Positions 12,350 to 25,751 of a stretch of 45,353 nucleotides of DNA are shown here, one piece after another. Source of the DNA: Octopus sinensis (lineage: Eukaryota); contig NW_021834958.1 of assembly GCF_006345805.1 (NCBI RefSeq), forward strand, positions 1 to 45,353. Reading direction: 5' to 3'. A program made the position numbers and the translations under genes. Every line of letters begins with the position of its first letter. The stretch's first letter is position 1. Below the pieces are notes generated by a model, which made no database searches, was not told the DNA's origin, and saw only the letters and a program-made list of their open reading frames with translations.

Positions 12350-13002
12350 AATCCTTTCTACTATAGGCACAAGACCTGACATTTTTGGGGAGGTGGATGG
12401 TTGGGAGTAGTCGATTTCATCGGCCTCAGTACGCAACTGGTATTCAATTTTCGACCCCGGAAGGATGAAAGGCAAAGTCGACCTCGGTGGAATTTGAACT
12501 CAGAACGTAAAGACAGACGAAATACCTACTTCTATACTACCCACAAGGGGCTAAACACAGAGAGGAGAAACAAGGACAGACATACGGATTAAGTCGATTA
12601 TATCGACTCCAGCGCGTAACTGGTAATTATTTAATCGACCCCGAAAGGATGAAAGGCAAAGTCGACCTTGGCGGAATTTGAACTCAGAACATAACGGCAG
12701 ACGAAATACTGCTAAGCATTTCGTCCGGCGCGCTAACGTTTCTGCCAGCTCGCCGACAGACGAAATACCTATTTCTTTATTGCCCACAAGGGGCTAAACA
12801 TAGAGGGGACAAACAAGGACAGACAAACGGATGAAGTCGATTATATCGACCCCCCAGTACGCAGCTGGTATTTAATTTATCGACCCTGAAAGGATGAAAG
12901 GCAAAGTCGACCTCGGTGTAATTTGAACTCAGAACGTAGCGGCAGACGAAATACTGCTAAGCAATTCACTGGGCGTGCTAACGTTTCTGCCAGCTCGCCG
13001 CC
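12350..13002 (-). mobile_element. Triple nested SINE B (two B2-tail units plus host remainder)
   Basis: Unit 12526-12754 is flanked by direct repeats gacagacgaaatac at 12512-12525 and 12755-12768. Confidence 0.9.
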
Positions 13003-13033
13003 TTAATGATAACAATAATAATATATGCATTTA

Positions 13034-13245
13034 GGCGGCGATCTGACCAAATAGATAGCGTGCCGGGGAAGATGCTTAGCGGCACTTTGTCCATCTTTAC
13101 TTCCTATTTTGAAATTCTGCAGCAGTCGATTTTGTCTTTCATCCTTTCAGGGTCGATAAAGTAAGTACCATTTGGGCACTGGGGTCACTGCAGTCGACTT
13201 AACCCATCCCCTGAAATGCTGGCTTGTTGATACAATTTGAAAGCA
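13034..13245 (+). mobile_element. SINE family B (B1 tail), diverged
   Basis: ggcggcga head, ctttcatcctttcagggtcgataaagtaagtacca core and B1 tail. Confidence 0.8.
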
Positions 13246-13284
13246 ATAATATCAAATTCATTAGAATATATTTAAAGCAGGAAT

Positions 13285-13634
13285 TGTTGACATGTTGACT
13301 CCCTTCGGTCACGACACTGACCATGGGATTGCACCTAGAAAGTTACCCTCCTAGTCACAAGTCTGGGCAAGGTGGTTTTATGGAAGACCAGCAGTCGCCC
13401 ATGCATACCGGCCTCCCCTCTCCATGTCACCGATGTCATCCAAGGGAAAGGCAAAGGGGCCGATACAGCTTGGCACCTGTGACGTCGCAACTCATTTCTA
13501 CAGCTGAGTGAACTGGAGCAACGTGAAATAAAGTGTCTTGCTCAAGAACACAACACGCAGCCCGGTCTGGGATTCGAGCTCACAACCTCATGATCGTAAG
13601 CTTGACGCTCTAACCATTGAGCCATGCGCCTTCG
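13285..13634 (-). mobile_element. tRNA-derived SINE family D, full length with 10-bp TSD
   Basis: Head gaaggcgcatggctcaatggttagagcg..gagctcgaatccc, core cttgagcaagacactt; aagcaggaat at 13275-13284 and 13635-13644. Confidence 0.9.
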
Positions 13635-13976
13635 AAGCAGGAATACTCTTCATATTATCAGGTGTCTCTCTATACTCTGTAGTAGCCGAATCCTTTACAG
13701 ATGACTCTGATTGATTAAAACGTTACTAGGGACAAGCGGTGGGAATGTCAACTGGTTTGGAGCGCTCACCAAGCCATAACGTCTAAGCAGCGCGCTGATT
13801 CGTTAAAATACTATGCTTAAGATTCAGGCTGCTGGATCCTATAACAAGGTATTTAAAGGACAATTTCTTCTACTACACGACACTTATCAATTGTGAGGTA
13901 CAACTATCGGTTAATACTACTGCTCAATAAAAATGTGTGTGTGTGTGTGTTGCAATGTATTACATCAAATTATGAT

Positions 13977-14369
13977 TCTCTTTACTCTTTACTCTTTTAC
14001 TTGTTTCAGTCATTTGACTGCGGCCATGCTGGAGCACCGCCTTTAGTCGAGCAAATCGACCCCGGGACTTATTCTCCGCAAGCCCAGTACTTATTCTATC
14101 GGTCTCCTTTGTCGAACCGCTAAGTGACGAGGACGTAAACACGCCAAGCAATGCTACGAGGACAAACACACACACATACACACATATATATATATATACA
14201 TATATACGACAGGCTTCTTTCAGTTTCCGTCTACCAAATCCACTCACAAGGCATTGGTCGGCCCGGGGCTATAGCAGAAGACACTTGCCCAAGATGCCAC
14301 GCAGCGGGACTGAACCCGGAACCATGTGGTTGGTTAGCAAGCTACTTATCACACAGCCACTCCTGCGCC
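13977..14369 (-). mobile_element. SINE family A, full length
   Basis: Reverse complement of family A; tatgat on both flanks (13971-13976, 14370-14375). Confidence 0.92.
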
Positions 14370-15201
14370 TATGATATATTAAATTTTTAAAAAACTTTTA
14401 CCCAATTTTACAAGATTATCTGAGAGAAAATGTTTAGATTGAAACAGTAACCAAGAAATTCCAAACTGAGTGGATTAACCATACGGCCCCTAGTTGAGCC
14501 CACAAATAGTTCATTAAATTTATCGTGTTTTCTACTTTACTAACGATAATGAAATACGTAGCGTGGGACCTTTTTTCTGGATGCAGATGCACGAATTCCT
14601 GACTTCAATTTAGTCTCTGTTATTTGTAGGATAAGTGGATATTTCGAAATCTATTAAATATTTGTTAAAAATACATACCAAAAAAAATATATAAGAAAGT
14701 AAAAATGTAATAAGAATATTAAAAAAAACCCCCAAAATACCACTGTTTTTTTTTTTTCATTCTTGAATGGCGCGAGAAATCAGATTTCGTTTCGACTTTT
14801 CTGTGACTGTTGCATGCAAATATATTTTGTGTTTCAGAATAGTGACACGCAAATCTAAACCGTTTAAATATCAAAACGAAAACATCTCCGTCGCACCCAC
14901 CTCTCTAAAAAGGCAAGAATATTGTCAATAATATGAAAAGCAGAAAGAATCGAAAACTCCCCCCCCCCCCTTATACACACACAGCACAGAAACATACACA
15001 TGAAAGCGATGATATCAAAATCAATGAAGTAAAATGAAAGAAAATAATAATAATAATAATAATATTAGAGCAACAATAAGAGCTTTAGAAATTGATGTAA
15101 GAAAATTGTATTTTACACCGAGTTTTGGCTGCGTGTTAACAACGTTGTTTTATTATTCCTTCAGTAATACTATATTTACATGAATACTAATATATGTGTG
15201 G

Positions 15202-15294
<93 letters not shown>

Positions 15295-15500
15295 CAAAGA
15301 AGGATACGGATGAGACCTACGCAGGCATATACACACACGTACAGCTTGATAGATTGAAAGATATATTAAATAACGTTCTCTATGCTACAAAATTTCTTTA
15401 TATATCTTTATATATACGTATGTGTGTGCGCGCACACATGCACAAATATATATGTGTTTATTATATACTTATTAATATATATTTAGCTATATGTATATAG

Positions 15501-15561
<61 letters not shown>

Positions 15562-15760
15562 GGGAGGAGGCTTCTAAATGGCATTACATGCGTACGGGTG
15601 AGTAAAACATTACCAGAAAGGAATTGACGGAATTCTAAAGGTATGTGAATATGTATAACACTATAGGTGTTTATATTTTTAGAAATCTGTCAATAATTCA
15701 TGGAAAATGTCATCCTGTCTTTCTTCGTTCTCTCTGTATGCATACACATTTATATATATA

Positions 15761-15798
<38 letters not shown>

Positions 15799-15860
15799 GT
15801 GTGTCAATGTGTGTGTATGATTCAGTTAGTATTTCTGCGCGTATATATATATATATATAT

Positions 15861-18024
15861 AGGTAAACAGTAAAAATAATTACAGACATGGACAAGAACA
15901 TGAAACACCACAGAGACGACACAAGAACCACAGGACGGGACATTCGAAGCCCTCAGTCATCAGTCAAGAACCAGATCATCTTAGCAATTTCGGCTGATTA
16001 ATCTTGAGATTGCTCCGATATGGCCAGCCAGCCAAGGGAAATCTAAGCCAAGCGCATTAGATCCCCTGGAAGAAAGCTTCGAATGTATACAACGCGAGGA
16101 CGGAAAACGAACGAAGTATATAAACAAAAATACAGAATACGTGACACCAATAAGAATACAAAAACGTAAAAACAATAACGGTAAAAATAAAAATAAAAAA
16201 TAAACAACAAAACAAAACCAGGACGTGGGACAAGGGTCTTTCGACAGGACGAGTTGAGTATGGGGCTGGCTTGTGAATTGTGCCTAATGGCCACGGGGAG
16301 ACGAACAAATACGTGTTGCTTCTGCGGCTGCTGAAAACGAAAAGAGCGCTCAACGGCGGCTAGCTGTCACGTGAGAACAGAAGACAGGAGAAAGGGACAG
16401 ATGAAAAGAGAGAGAAGGTGGACGAGGGAGGAGAAGAAAGAGACAGATCGAGGGGGCTGGAGGTGAGAGAGATAGAGAAACGTAGAAGGGGGGGGGGAGA
16501 CGGATGGAGAGGGAAAGAAAGGAAGGGGAATAAGGGAGGAGAGAGAGAGAAAAAGAGACAGATTAAGAGTCGTATCAATGCTAGAGAAAAAATATACTTA
16601 TCGTATAAGGTCAATTGTGGATACGTAGCCGCCGATTATATAGGTAAACAGTAAAAATAATTACAGACATGGACAAGAACATGAAACACCACAGAGACGA
16701 CACAAGAACCACAGGACGGGACATTCGAAGCCCTCAGTCATCAGTCAAGAACCAGATCATCTTAGCAATTTCGGCTGATTAATCTTGAGATTGCTCCGAT
16801 ATGGCCAGCCAGCCAAGGGAAATCTAAGCCAAGCGCATTAGATCCCCTGGAAGAAAGCTTCGAATGTATACAACGCGAGGACGGAAAACGACGAAGTATA
16901 TAAACAAAAATACAGAATACGTGACACCAATAAGAATACAAAAACGTAAAAACAATAACGGTAAAAATAAAAATAAAAAATAAACAACAAAACAAAACCA
17001 GGACGTGGGACAAGGGTCTTTCGACAGGACGAGTTGAGTATGGGGCTGGCTTGTGAAGTTGTGCCTAATGGCCACGGGGAGACGAACAAATACGTGTTGC
17101 TTCTGCGGCTGCTGAAAACGAAAAGAGCGCTCAACGGCGGCTAGCTGTCACGTGAGAACAGAAGACAGGAGAAAGGGACAGATGAAAAGAGAGAGAAGGT
17201 GGACGAGGGAGGAGAAGAAAGAGACAGATCGAGGGGGCTGGAGGTGAGAGAGATAGAGAAACGTAGAAGGGGGGGGGAGACGGATGGAGAGGGAAAGAAA
17301 GGAAGGGGAATAAGGGAGGAGAGAGAGAGAGAGAAAAAGAGACAGATTAAGAGTCGTATCAATGCTAGAGAAAAAATATACTTATCGTATAAGGTCAATT
17401 GTGGATACGTAGCCGCCGATTATATAGGTAAACAGTAAAAAAATTACAGACATGGACAAGAACATGAAACACCACAGAGACCGACACAAGAACCACAGGA
17501 CGGGACATTCGAAGCCCTCAGTCATCAGTCAAGAACCAGATCATCTTAGCAATTCGGCTGATAATCTTGAGATTGCTCCGATATGGCCAGCCAGCCAAGG
17601 GAAATCTAAGCCAAGCGCATTAGATCCCCTGGAAGAAAGCTTCGAATGTATACAACGCGAGGACGGAAAACGAACGAAGTATATAAACAAAAATACAGAA
17701 TACGTGACACCAATAAGAATACAAAAACGTAAAAACAATAACGGTAAAAATAAAAATAAAAAATAAACAACAAAACAAAACCAGGACGTGGGACAAGGGT
17801 CTTTCGACAGGACGAGTTGAGTATGGGGCTGGCTAGTGAAGTTGTGCCTAATGGCCACGGGGAGACGAACAAATACGTGTTGCTTCTGCGGCTGCTGAAA
17901 ACGAAAAGAGCGCTCAACGGCGGCTAGCTGTCACGTGAGAACAGAAGACAGGAGAAAGGGACAGATGAAAAGAGAGAGAAGGTGGACGAGGGAGGAGAAG
18001 AAAGAGACAGATCGAGGGGGCTGG

Positions 18025-18028
<4 letters not shown>
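15861..18028. repeat. ~781-bp tandem repeat, 2.8 copies, flanked by (TA)n
   Basis: Unit starts aggtaaacagtaaaa at 15861, 16642 and 17426; the third copy stops at 18028. Confidence 0.95.
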
Positions 18029-18056
<28 letters not shown>

Positions 18057-18059
<3 letters not shown>

Positions 18060-18327
18060 TGGTTGAATGAATTATCCTAGTATGGATAATTCGGTTAACC
18101 GATACCCGGGTTGCAAATTTACGTCAGAAAGCACGGTTGAAGCTACATGCCAAGGGCAGAAATCACGTGCTTTCGTGTGGAAATTTGTGTGTTTTTTTTA
18201 CTATAGATAAATGAAAGAATGGAGTCGAACGACGATTTAACAAAATTCCTTTATTCTCGACACATGTTTCGAAGACTGCATATTCTTAATTCTGAAGGAA
18301 TAAGGGGTGCATTATGCCGTCTTCTCA
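18057..18327 (-). mobile_element. Palindrome-rich element end with a partial hammerhead-like motif (possibly Penelope-derived)
   Basis: Hairpins at 18069-18092 and 18127-18174, palindrome at 18091-18102. Minus strand GAAGAC..GTCTTC GAAAC ATGT GTC without an intact CTGANGA. Confidence 0.4.
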
Positions 18328-18434
18328 TATATTTCTGTGTTATAGGAAACAGATAAATAATATGATTATGAGTATTTATTTTTAGAGATAAATAATTAAA
18401 AGTGTATATAAAATATACAACACTATTCTAATAG

Positions 18435-18493
<59 letters not shown>

Positions 18494-18623
18494 AATAAAT
18501 ATATGTAGAATTCCAATAGACAGTGTCGTGTACTTCATTATATACACATACTCTCGGACGCATTCATTCAGATGCCTCACTGACAGACATTTCATATACA
18601 CAGAAACACACACACACGTCCCT

Positions 18624-18830
<207 letters not shown>

Positions 18831-19297
18831 TACACACACACACACATATATATATATAGACATAGAAAAAAATATATATGTATATATATATGCATATATT
18901 TTTACACACACATACACACACAAATGCACACACATACACACACACACACAAACACACATATATATTGTATGCATACATATACATGCATACAAAAATGCAT
19001 ACTCTCATGTATAATATGCATGCGGCATATTGGATTAGGTGATAATAGTGTTATTTCCCTTGTTTGATTTTCGATTAAGAATCTTTATTGAACACTTTCA
19101 GTTTTGCTTGCAACGACATTGTCAGATAAAAGGCAATTTCAAACCGCCTATGTAACACGTCAGGATCTCCGCATATAATATTAACCATCCTTACAGCATC
19201 TCTGGCAGCATTTCCTTAGCCCTATTTTTAATGTTCGCTGTTACTGCCATTGCTTTACATATGGCAAAACCCAACATCTTACAAAAGCAATGAGATA

Positions 19298-19691
19298 TCT
19301 TTATATATAAAAGTGAGGTTGTGTGCTGTCTGTCTCCTACGATTTAGATTCCTAACTACTACCACATTTTGCGGTGCAGTTTAACCAAAAGCGGGTATCT
19401 TATAGTCGTGATTCATATCGACCCCTTCTGGGTATTAGCGCGCGTCTACGATGAGTCTACGGTTTTAAAAAAATTTACCATCACTTTTTCCCATTTTTAA
19501 TGCATTTTTTGCTATTATATAAGGGAAGTAACTCGCGTCTACGATGAGTCTACGATTTAAAAAAAAATTACCATAATTATTCCGCATTTTAATGCATTTT
19601 CGCTCGGTTTATATAAGGGAAGTAACTCTCTATAAATTCTTATATAGTTATTTCTCTTACAAATCCGAGCAACGCCGGGCGATACTGCTGG
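19298..19691 (+). mobile_element. Non-autonomous Helitron-like element
   Basis: 5' A|TCtttatatataaa, subterminal hairpin ccgagcaacgccgg, 3' CTGG|T (CTRR); ends shared with 34365-34792. Confidence 0.75.
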
Positions 19692-19971
19692 TAATAAAAT
19701 ATAAACACTCGCAGCTACCTCAGATTAGTTTCAAAATACAAGATTCGCTGTTAACCGCATTATCATTGTTTTCCAAAAGAAATAATGATTTCCAGGTAAT
19801 ATCGTAGTTATCTCCCTTGGTTACCTCTTTTGTTTTTTGAAAACATTCTCGGCTGTTCTGTCTTTCATATTAAACACCCATAGAAAATAAGAATTCATTC
19901 TTCGCATTACAAGGATAAAGTTAATTAATCCAGCTTTTTCAAGTTACTCTATTACATTTGTGAAAGATTAC

Positions 19972-20008
19972 CGTATTCCTGTTTGGTATGCAGAAATTTG
20001 GTACCATG
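19972..20008 (-). other. Candidate 37-nt micro-exon
   Basis: Minus strand: tctccacAG acceptor, ACG/GTAATC donor; open in all three frames. Confidence 0.25.
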
Positions 20009-20607
20009 CTGTGGAGATCAATTAAAGATAAAAACAACACGACAACAAAAGCTGGCAAATGTAATTGCAATCTAATGACGTTTTAAATCCTCATTTTCGT
20101 CGTTAATACAAATTAGAAAGAGAAAATATGATTCCACATTTTATTGTTATTACCTTGAATTAGCAAGAAAGAACAGCTCTTTTCCTTTTACGAAGAAGTA
20201 AAATGGACAGACCAATCAAAGCAAGGCTTCTAAAAAGAGGCCTTTAGTCAACTTCAATTCCAGAAAGTTCAATAAGTGTGATACGGACAGTACGTGCTGA
20301 CCTGAAGGCGATAACCATAGAAATACGTTGAATTTAGCGTATATTTCACTTGCCTTAATAAATATATGCATACCGAATTATGGCAAGAACGAACAGCTCA
20401 AAGTTTAAGCTGAGAAGAACGAAGTCTATAAATATTCAAACATGAACACGCACACAGGCGCGCGTGCACAAACACATTCACATATTCATAACAAAACAAA
20501 GACACATTTATAAATAGGTAGATACTCGGTACAACGTAGCTCTCGGGTAAATATTATTCAAATTGGTAATCAGTATCAAATTTGATACTGATTAGAAGAT
20601 CGAAAAT

Positions 20608-20650
20608 CCACCTGAAGATTGTCGGAGCAGACATGAAACATTTGTAGTGG
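20608..20650 (+). ncRNA. Minimal type I hammerhead ribozyme fold
   Basis: CCAC CUGAAGA U UGUC-ggagca-GACA U GAAA C-auuu-G UA GUGG. Confidence 0.7.
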
Positions 20651-20840
20651 CGGTTTATTTAATTTATATTAAAATTTTATGTATTGATTAAGTCTTTCCT
20701 TGTTTGGTTTTAAAATAGTGGTTTTGTCTCGAATTATATTATATAATATTTTACTATAAAATTGGATTTAACCCTAAATCTGATCTTTCCCTGTAATTTT
20801 GGATTCATTCCCTAATATTTATTATTATATATATATATAT

Positions 20841-21164
20841 ATGTATGTATGTACAGACACATACACTATATTTGGTTTATATACATATATATATATGTAT
20901 ATATGTATGTATGCACAAGAAGTGGCTGCAAAATCCTTCGCTTTCAGTGTAGAAACGGCTGTGTACCGGCAGACAGCTTCTAAGTTTTCATTGTGTGAAA
21001 TACTTTAGAAAGTGGAGATAATGGGTGGATATAATAGGTAATTTTGTTACTGGGGGAGTTGGCGTTATTGTATATATTTCTATGTATGTATATATGGATA
21101 TACACGTATATATAATTCTACGCATATACAAAGTGATATATACATACATACATACATACATACG

Positions 21165-21202
<38 letters not shown>

Positions 21203-21533
21203 ATATATGTATGTATGTACAGACACATACACTATATTTGGTTTATATACATATATATATATGTATATATGTATGTATGCACAAGAAGTGGCTGCAAAAT
21301 CCTTCGCTTTCAGTGTAGAAACGGCTGTGTACCGGCAGACAGCTTCTAAGTTTTCATTGTGTGAAATACTTTAGAAAGTGGAGATAATGGGTGGATATAA
21401 TAGGTAATTTTGTTACTGGGGGAGTTGGCGTTATTGTATATATTTCTATGTATGTATATATGGATATACACGTATATATAATTCTACGCATATACAAAGT
21501 GATATATACATACATACATACATACATACGTAC
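20841..21533. repeat. Tandem duplication, 366-bp period, (TA)n-bounded
   Basis: 20841-21167 is repeated at 21207-21533, apparently identical. Confidence 0.95.
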
Positions 21534-21543
21534 ATATATATAT

Positions 21544-21576
<33 letters not shown>

Positions 21577-22436
21577 GTATACATACATACACATAGATAC
21601 ATATATTTACTCCCACGCACACCTGCACACACTCTCATATACACATAAGTATATGCATAACTATATGCATAATCGTATCTGAAAACATACGTACATATAA
21701 ACATACATACGAGAGAACATCCATATATAAACGCGTGGGTATATGTATGCATTTGTATATATATATACATATAAATGCATACATACACACACAGATATAT
21801 ATATGTATAAATATATATATATATACATATAAACATATATGTATGTGTATGCGTATATCCATGTACTTACAAACATACATAACGTTCGTGTATAAATAAT
21901 TGTCTAAGACTCTCAAATTAAACGAATTAGCGAATGAATTTAAAAAGAAATCTTCTCTGATTCTCTTCCTTTTATATTTTTAAAACCATTTCAGAGCTAA
22001 TTTAATATAACTTAATTGCAAATTTAATGGTCTTCTGTCTTCCGAATTAGTTCCATAATCTACATTATAGAACATCAGCGTAAAAACGAAAAGTCTCCGC
22101 CATTCCATTAAAATCTCAATTTGTTTATTGATAGAAATAATCAGATTGCTTCTAACTCAATATTTAAATCTGTTGTCCGTTATAATGTGATAACCCTGTG
22201 CGTGTATAGCTTCAGTCTAGTACTGGCCAGTATGCGTTTCAACAATTCGTGTTTAGATTCTTAGGTTTCACGTCCGTGGATAATGTTTTTTTCTCTCCTA
22301 TCTCACAGGCGCTGAAAGCGGTACAAGTCTGCGTCTTCTCAGATATGAATGCTTCAGGGAATGGTATTATAAGATTTAGACATCATGATGCAATCACACA
22401 CATGCGCTTTCACGTTCTAAAAAGTACGTAAACACG

Positions 22437-22543
<107 letters not shown>

Positions 22544-22564
22544 GTACATGTATATACACATATT

Positions 22565-22736
22565 TGCGGGTGGAAAAAAGCACCCGGAAGACCTCCACGA
22601 CGGTGGAGTGACGATTTCAAGAGGACGATTGGGATCACGTGGATGAGAAAGGCGCGATCCAGAGAGGAGTGGACAGCGTGCTGTGGGCAGCGGTGTCAAA
22701 TGGACGCCTGACGGACTGGTCGGTCAAAGTGATCAA
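22565..22736 (+). mobile_element. RTE-clade LINE 3' end fragment
   Basis: 22586-22711 translates GRPPRRWSDDFKRTIGITWMRKARSREEW..MDA*, the GRP-x-x-x-W-x-D / W / R-x-x-W C-terminal pattern of RTE-type ORFs, then a very short 3' UTR. Confidence 0.75.
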
Positions 22737-22769
22737 ATATACACATATTTACAAAATATGGGGATTTAA

Positions 22770-23313
22770 TTTACAAGTGATCTAAACGGTTAGGTACATC
22801 CCGATCAGCGCAGACGGTGGCAACGGTGCAGGAAATGTTTAATTGAAGCCCACAAAAATCAACATGTCAAACAGCTCGTGAAAGTGGACCAACAAAACAC
22901 ACAATACATACATTGTTGCATAAAGAATTGAATTTTCGTCCATGGAAACCCCATTACGCCCGGAAGTCTAGAATTCCAACAAGTCCAGATCTCACTCCAT
23001 GTGATTTTTACCTGTGGGGTTACACAAAAGGGAGGTGTACAAGACAAACTTCGAACACTCGAGGACTTGGAGAGACGGATCCAGGAGGTTTTCAATGATA
23101 TCCCAAACGACGTCCTTAAGAAGGCTGTTCATTCCTTCCATGGATGTTTGAGGAAACTGGTTGGCGCTACCGGTGCCTACAGGGAAATATGAAGATTTTC
23201 TGTCCTCTGCCCATGTAATAAAGAACATGTATCATTTGCTTAAATAAATTTGTAAAAGAAATATGGATTTTATTAGCAATTTTTAATGCCTACTTACTTT
23301 TCACCCACCCTGT
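22770..23313 (+). mobile_element. Internally deleted Tc1/mariner transposon remnant
   Basis: SPQKST..ARESG..LLHKELNFRPWK joined to SPDLTPCDFYLWGY and LEDLERRIQEVFNDIP; right end ttttcacccaccctg|TA. Confidence 0.8.
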
Positions 23314-23377
23314 ACACACACACATACATATGCATTCTATACATGTTATATATATAAGTATGTAGAAATATGCTGGG

Positions 23378-23568
23378 TTCAAAGTTTAGCTCATGGCCAG
23401 CAATTTCAGGGGTTGTGGTGCTTCTCAGCTGGGGATTATTTCATCGACTCCAAAAGAAAATAAGGCAAAGCCGACCTCTGTGGTACATGATTTCAGAATG
23501 TAAAGACGGACGAAATGCCGCTCAACATTTTATCCGGTGTGTTAACAAATATGACTGCTCACTGCCCT
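23378..23568 (-). mobile_element. SINE family B, strongly degenerate
   Basis: aaggcaaagccgacctc..tcagaatgtaaagacggacgaaatgccgct. Confidence 0.7.
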
Positions 23569-24068
23569 ACACACACACATACACACACACATGTATAGAT
23601 AGATATGTGAATATATTACACAAACACATACACACTAACAAACACACAAGTACATATACACACACACTATACGTTTATATAAATATATCCGTTTGCATAT
23701 ATCTCTGTATACGTATATATCTTTAAACATGTATATATTTATATGTGGATGTACATTTATAAATACATATATACATACATACATACATACACATATATAT
23801 ACGAGTGGGTGTATATGTGTATATATATTTGAATTTTAGTTAAAGCGACGGAAGCCATCATTGCATTGAAATCATCTCTGAAGGTAATAAATAATACTAA
23901 ATGTTAAATGATGTCTAAATGTTAGATTGCTTCAAACATCGCAAGAACGCTTTGACGACCAGATTTAAATCGGCTGCAATTTTAACGTGGGATAAATTAG
24001 CAGACACATTTATCGAGAGAATCTCCCCGCCTCACACACATATGCAATAGATATACATACATACACAC

Positions 24069-24102
<34 letters not shown>

Positions 24103-24103
24103 A

Positions 24104-24993
24104 TGGGCAGAAAAAAACAATATGCTGCTGAACGAGGATAAATTTGAGCTAATCCACTTTGGAAAAGAGGATGCCTGAAACTCCCATACTCCCTTCCTTC
24201 AGGTGAAACTCTCGCGGCGTCCAACAACATCAGAGACTTGGGAGTAATTGTGGACAACAACGTAAGCTGGGCCACTCATATAAACACCAAAGTTGACATG
24301 GCCCGCAGAATGTGTTCCTGGATTCTCAGAACTTTCCAGTCGAGAGATATCCACACCATTATCCTTCTCTTCTCCACTTTTGCCCGACCCCACCTTGAAT
24401 ACTGTTGTCCACTGTGGTCTCCCCACACAATACAAGGTATCATAAAAGTTGAAGCACCTCAAAGGGCAATCACAAAAAAGATAGATGGCATGACAGGCCT
24501 CGACTATTGGGGTCGACTAGAAAAGCTAAAACTCTATTCTCTCCAACGTCGTCGTGAGCGCTACATCATCTGCATGATGTGGAAAATATTCCATCAGCAT
24601 TGCCCAAATGATGTTGGCATCACCTTTAAGGTACATCCAAGGCTTGGGCCCCGTGCCATCCGCCCAAAACAAAAATCGCACTCTCATCTCATAACAACAA
24701 TACGGCACAATTATTTCACCTCAATTGGCCCCGCTCTCTTTAACATTACGCCAAAACACATTAAAACAGAAACAGACCCTATAGGGTTCAAGAAGTCTTT
24801 GGACGGATTCCTTCAAGAAATCCCGGATAAACCCCCTACACCCGATATGTCTCTGTAAACAATAACTCTCTACTTGAGTGGGCTATAGTGTCCAAATTCT
24901 GACTTGAAAGACTTCACCAGGTGGTGCTATTAAGTTAGACATGGCCTGGGCCAATAATGGCCGAAACCTATCAAAGTATCAAAGTATCAAAGT
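24104..24993 (+). mobile_element. 5'-truncated CR1-group LINE (RT C-terminus plus 3' UTR)
   Basis: RDLGVIVD..RPHLEYCCPLWSP..RLEKLKLYSLQRRR motifs (ORF 24238-24858), one frameshift near 24175, (TATCAAAG)x3 tail, (TA)n on both sides. Confidence 0.92.
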
Positions 24994-24996
24994 ATA

Positions 24997-25700
<704 letters not shown>

Positions 25701-25705
25701 TATAT

Positions 25706-25751
<46 letters not shown>

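Noticed and set aside
13690-13732. cagatgactc..aaaacgtta hammerhead-like string
   Set aside because: Both core segments are mutated and the stems do not pair.
15940-16000. CTGATGA and GAAA on the minus strand of the 781-bp unit
   Set aside because: I could not build convincing stems I and III in any hammerhead topology.
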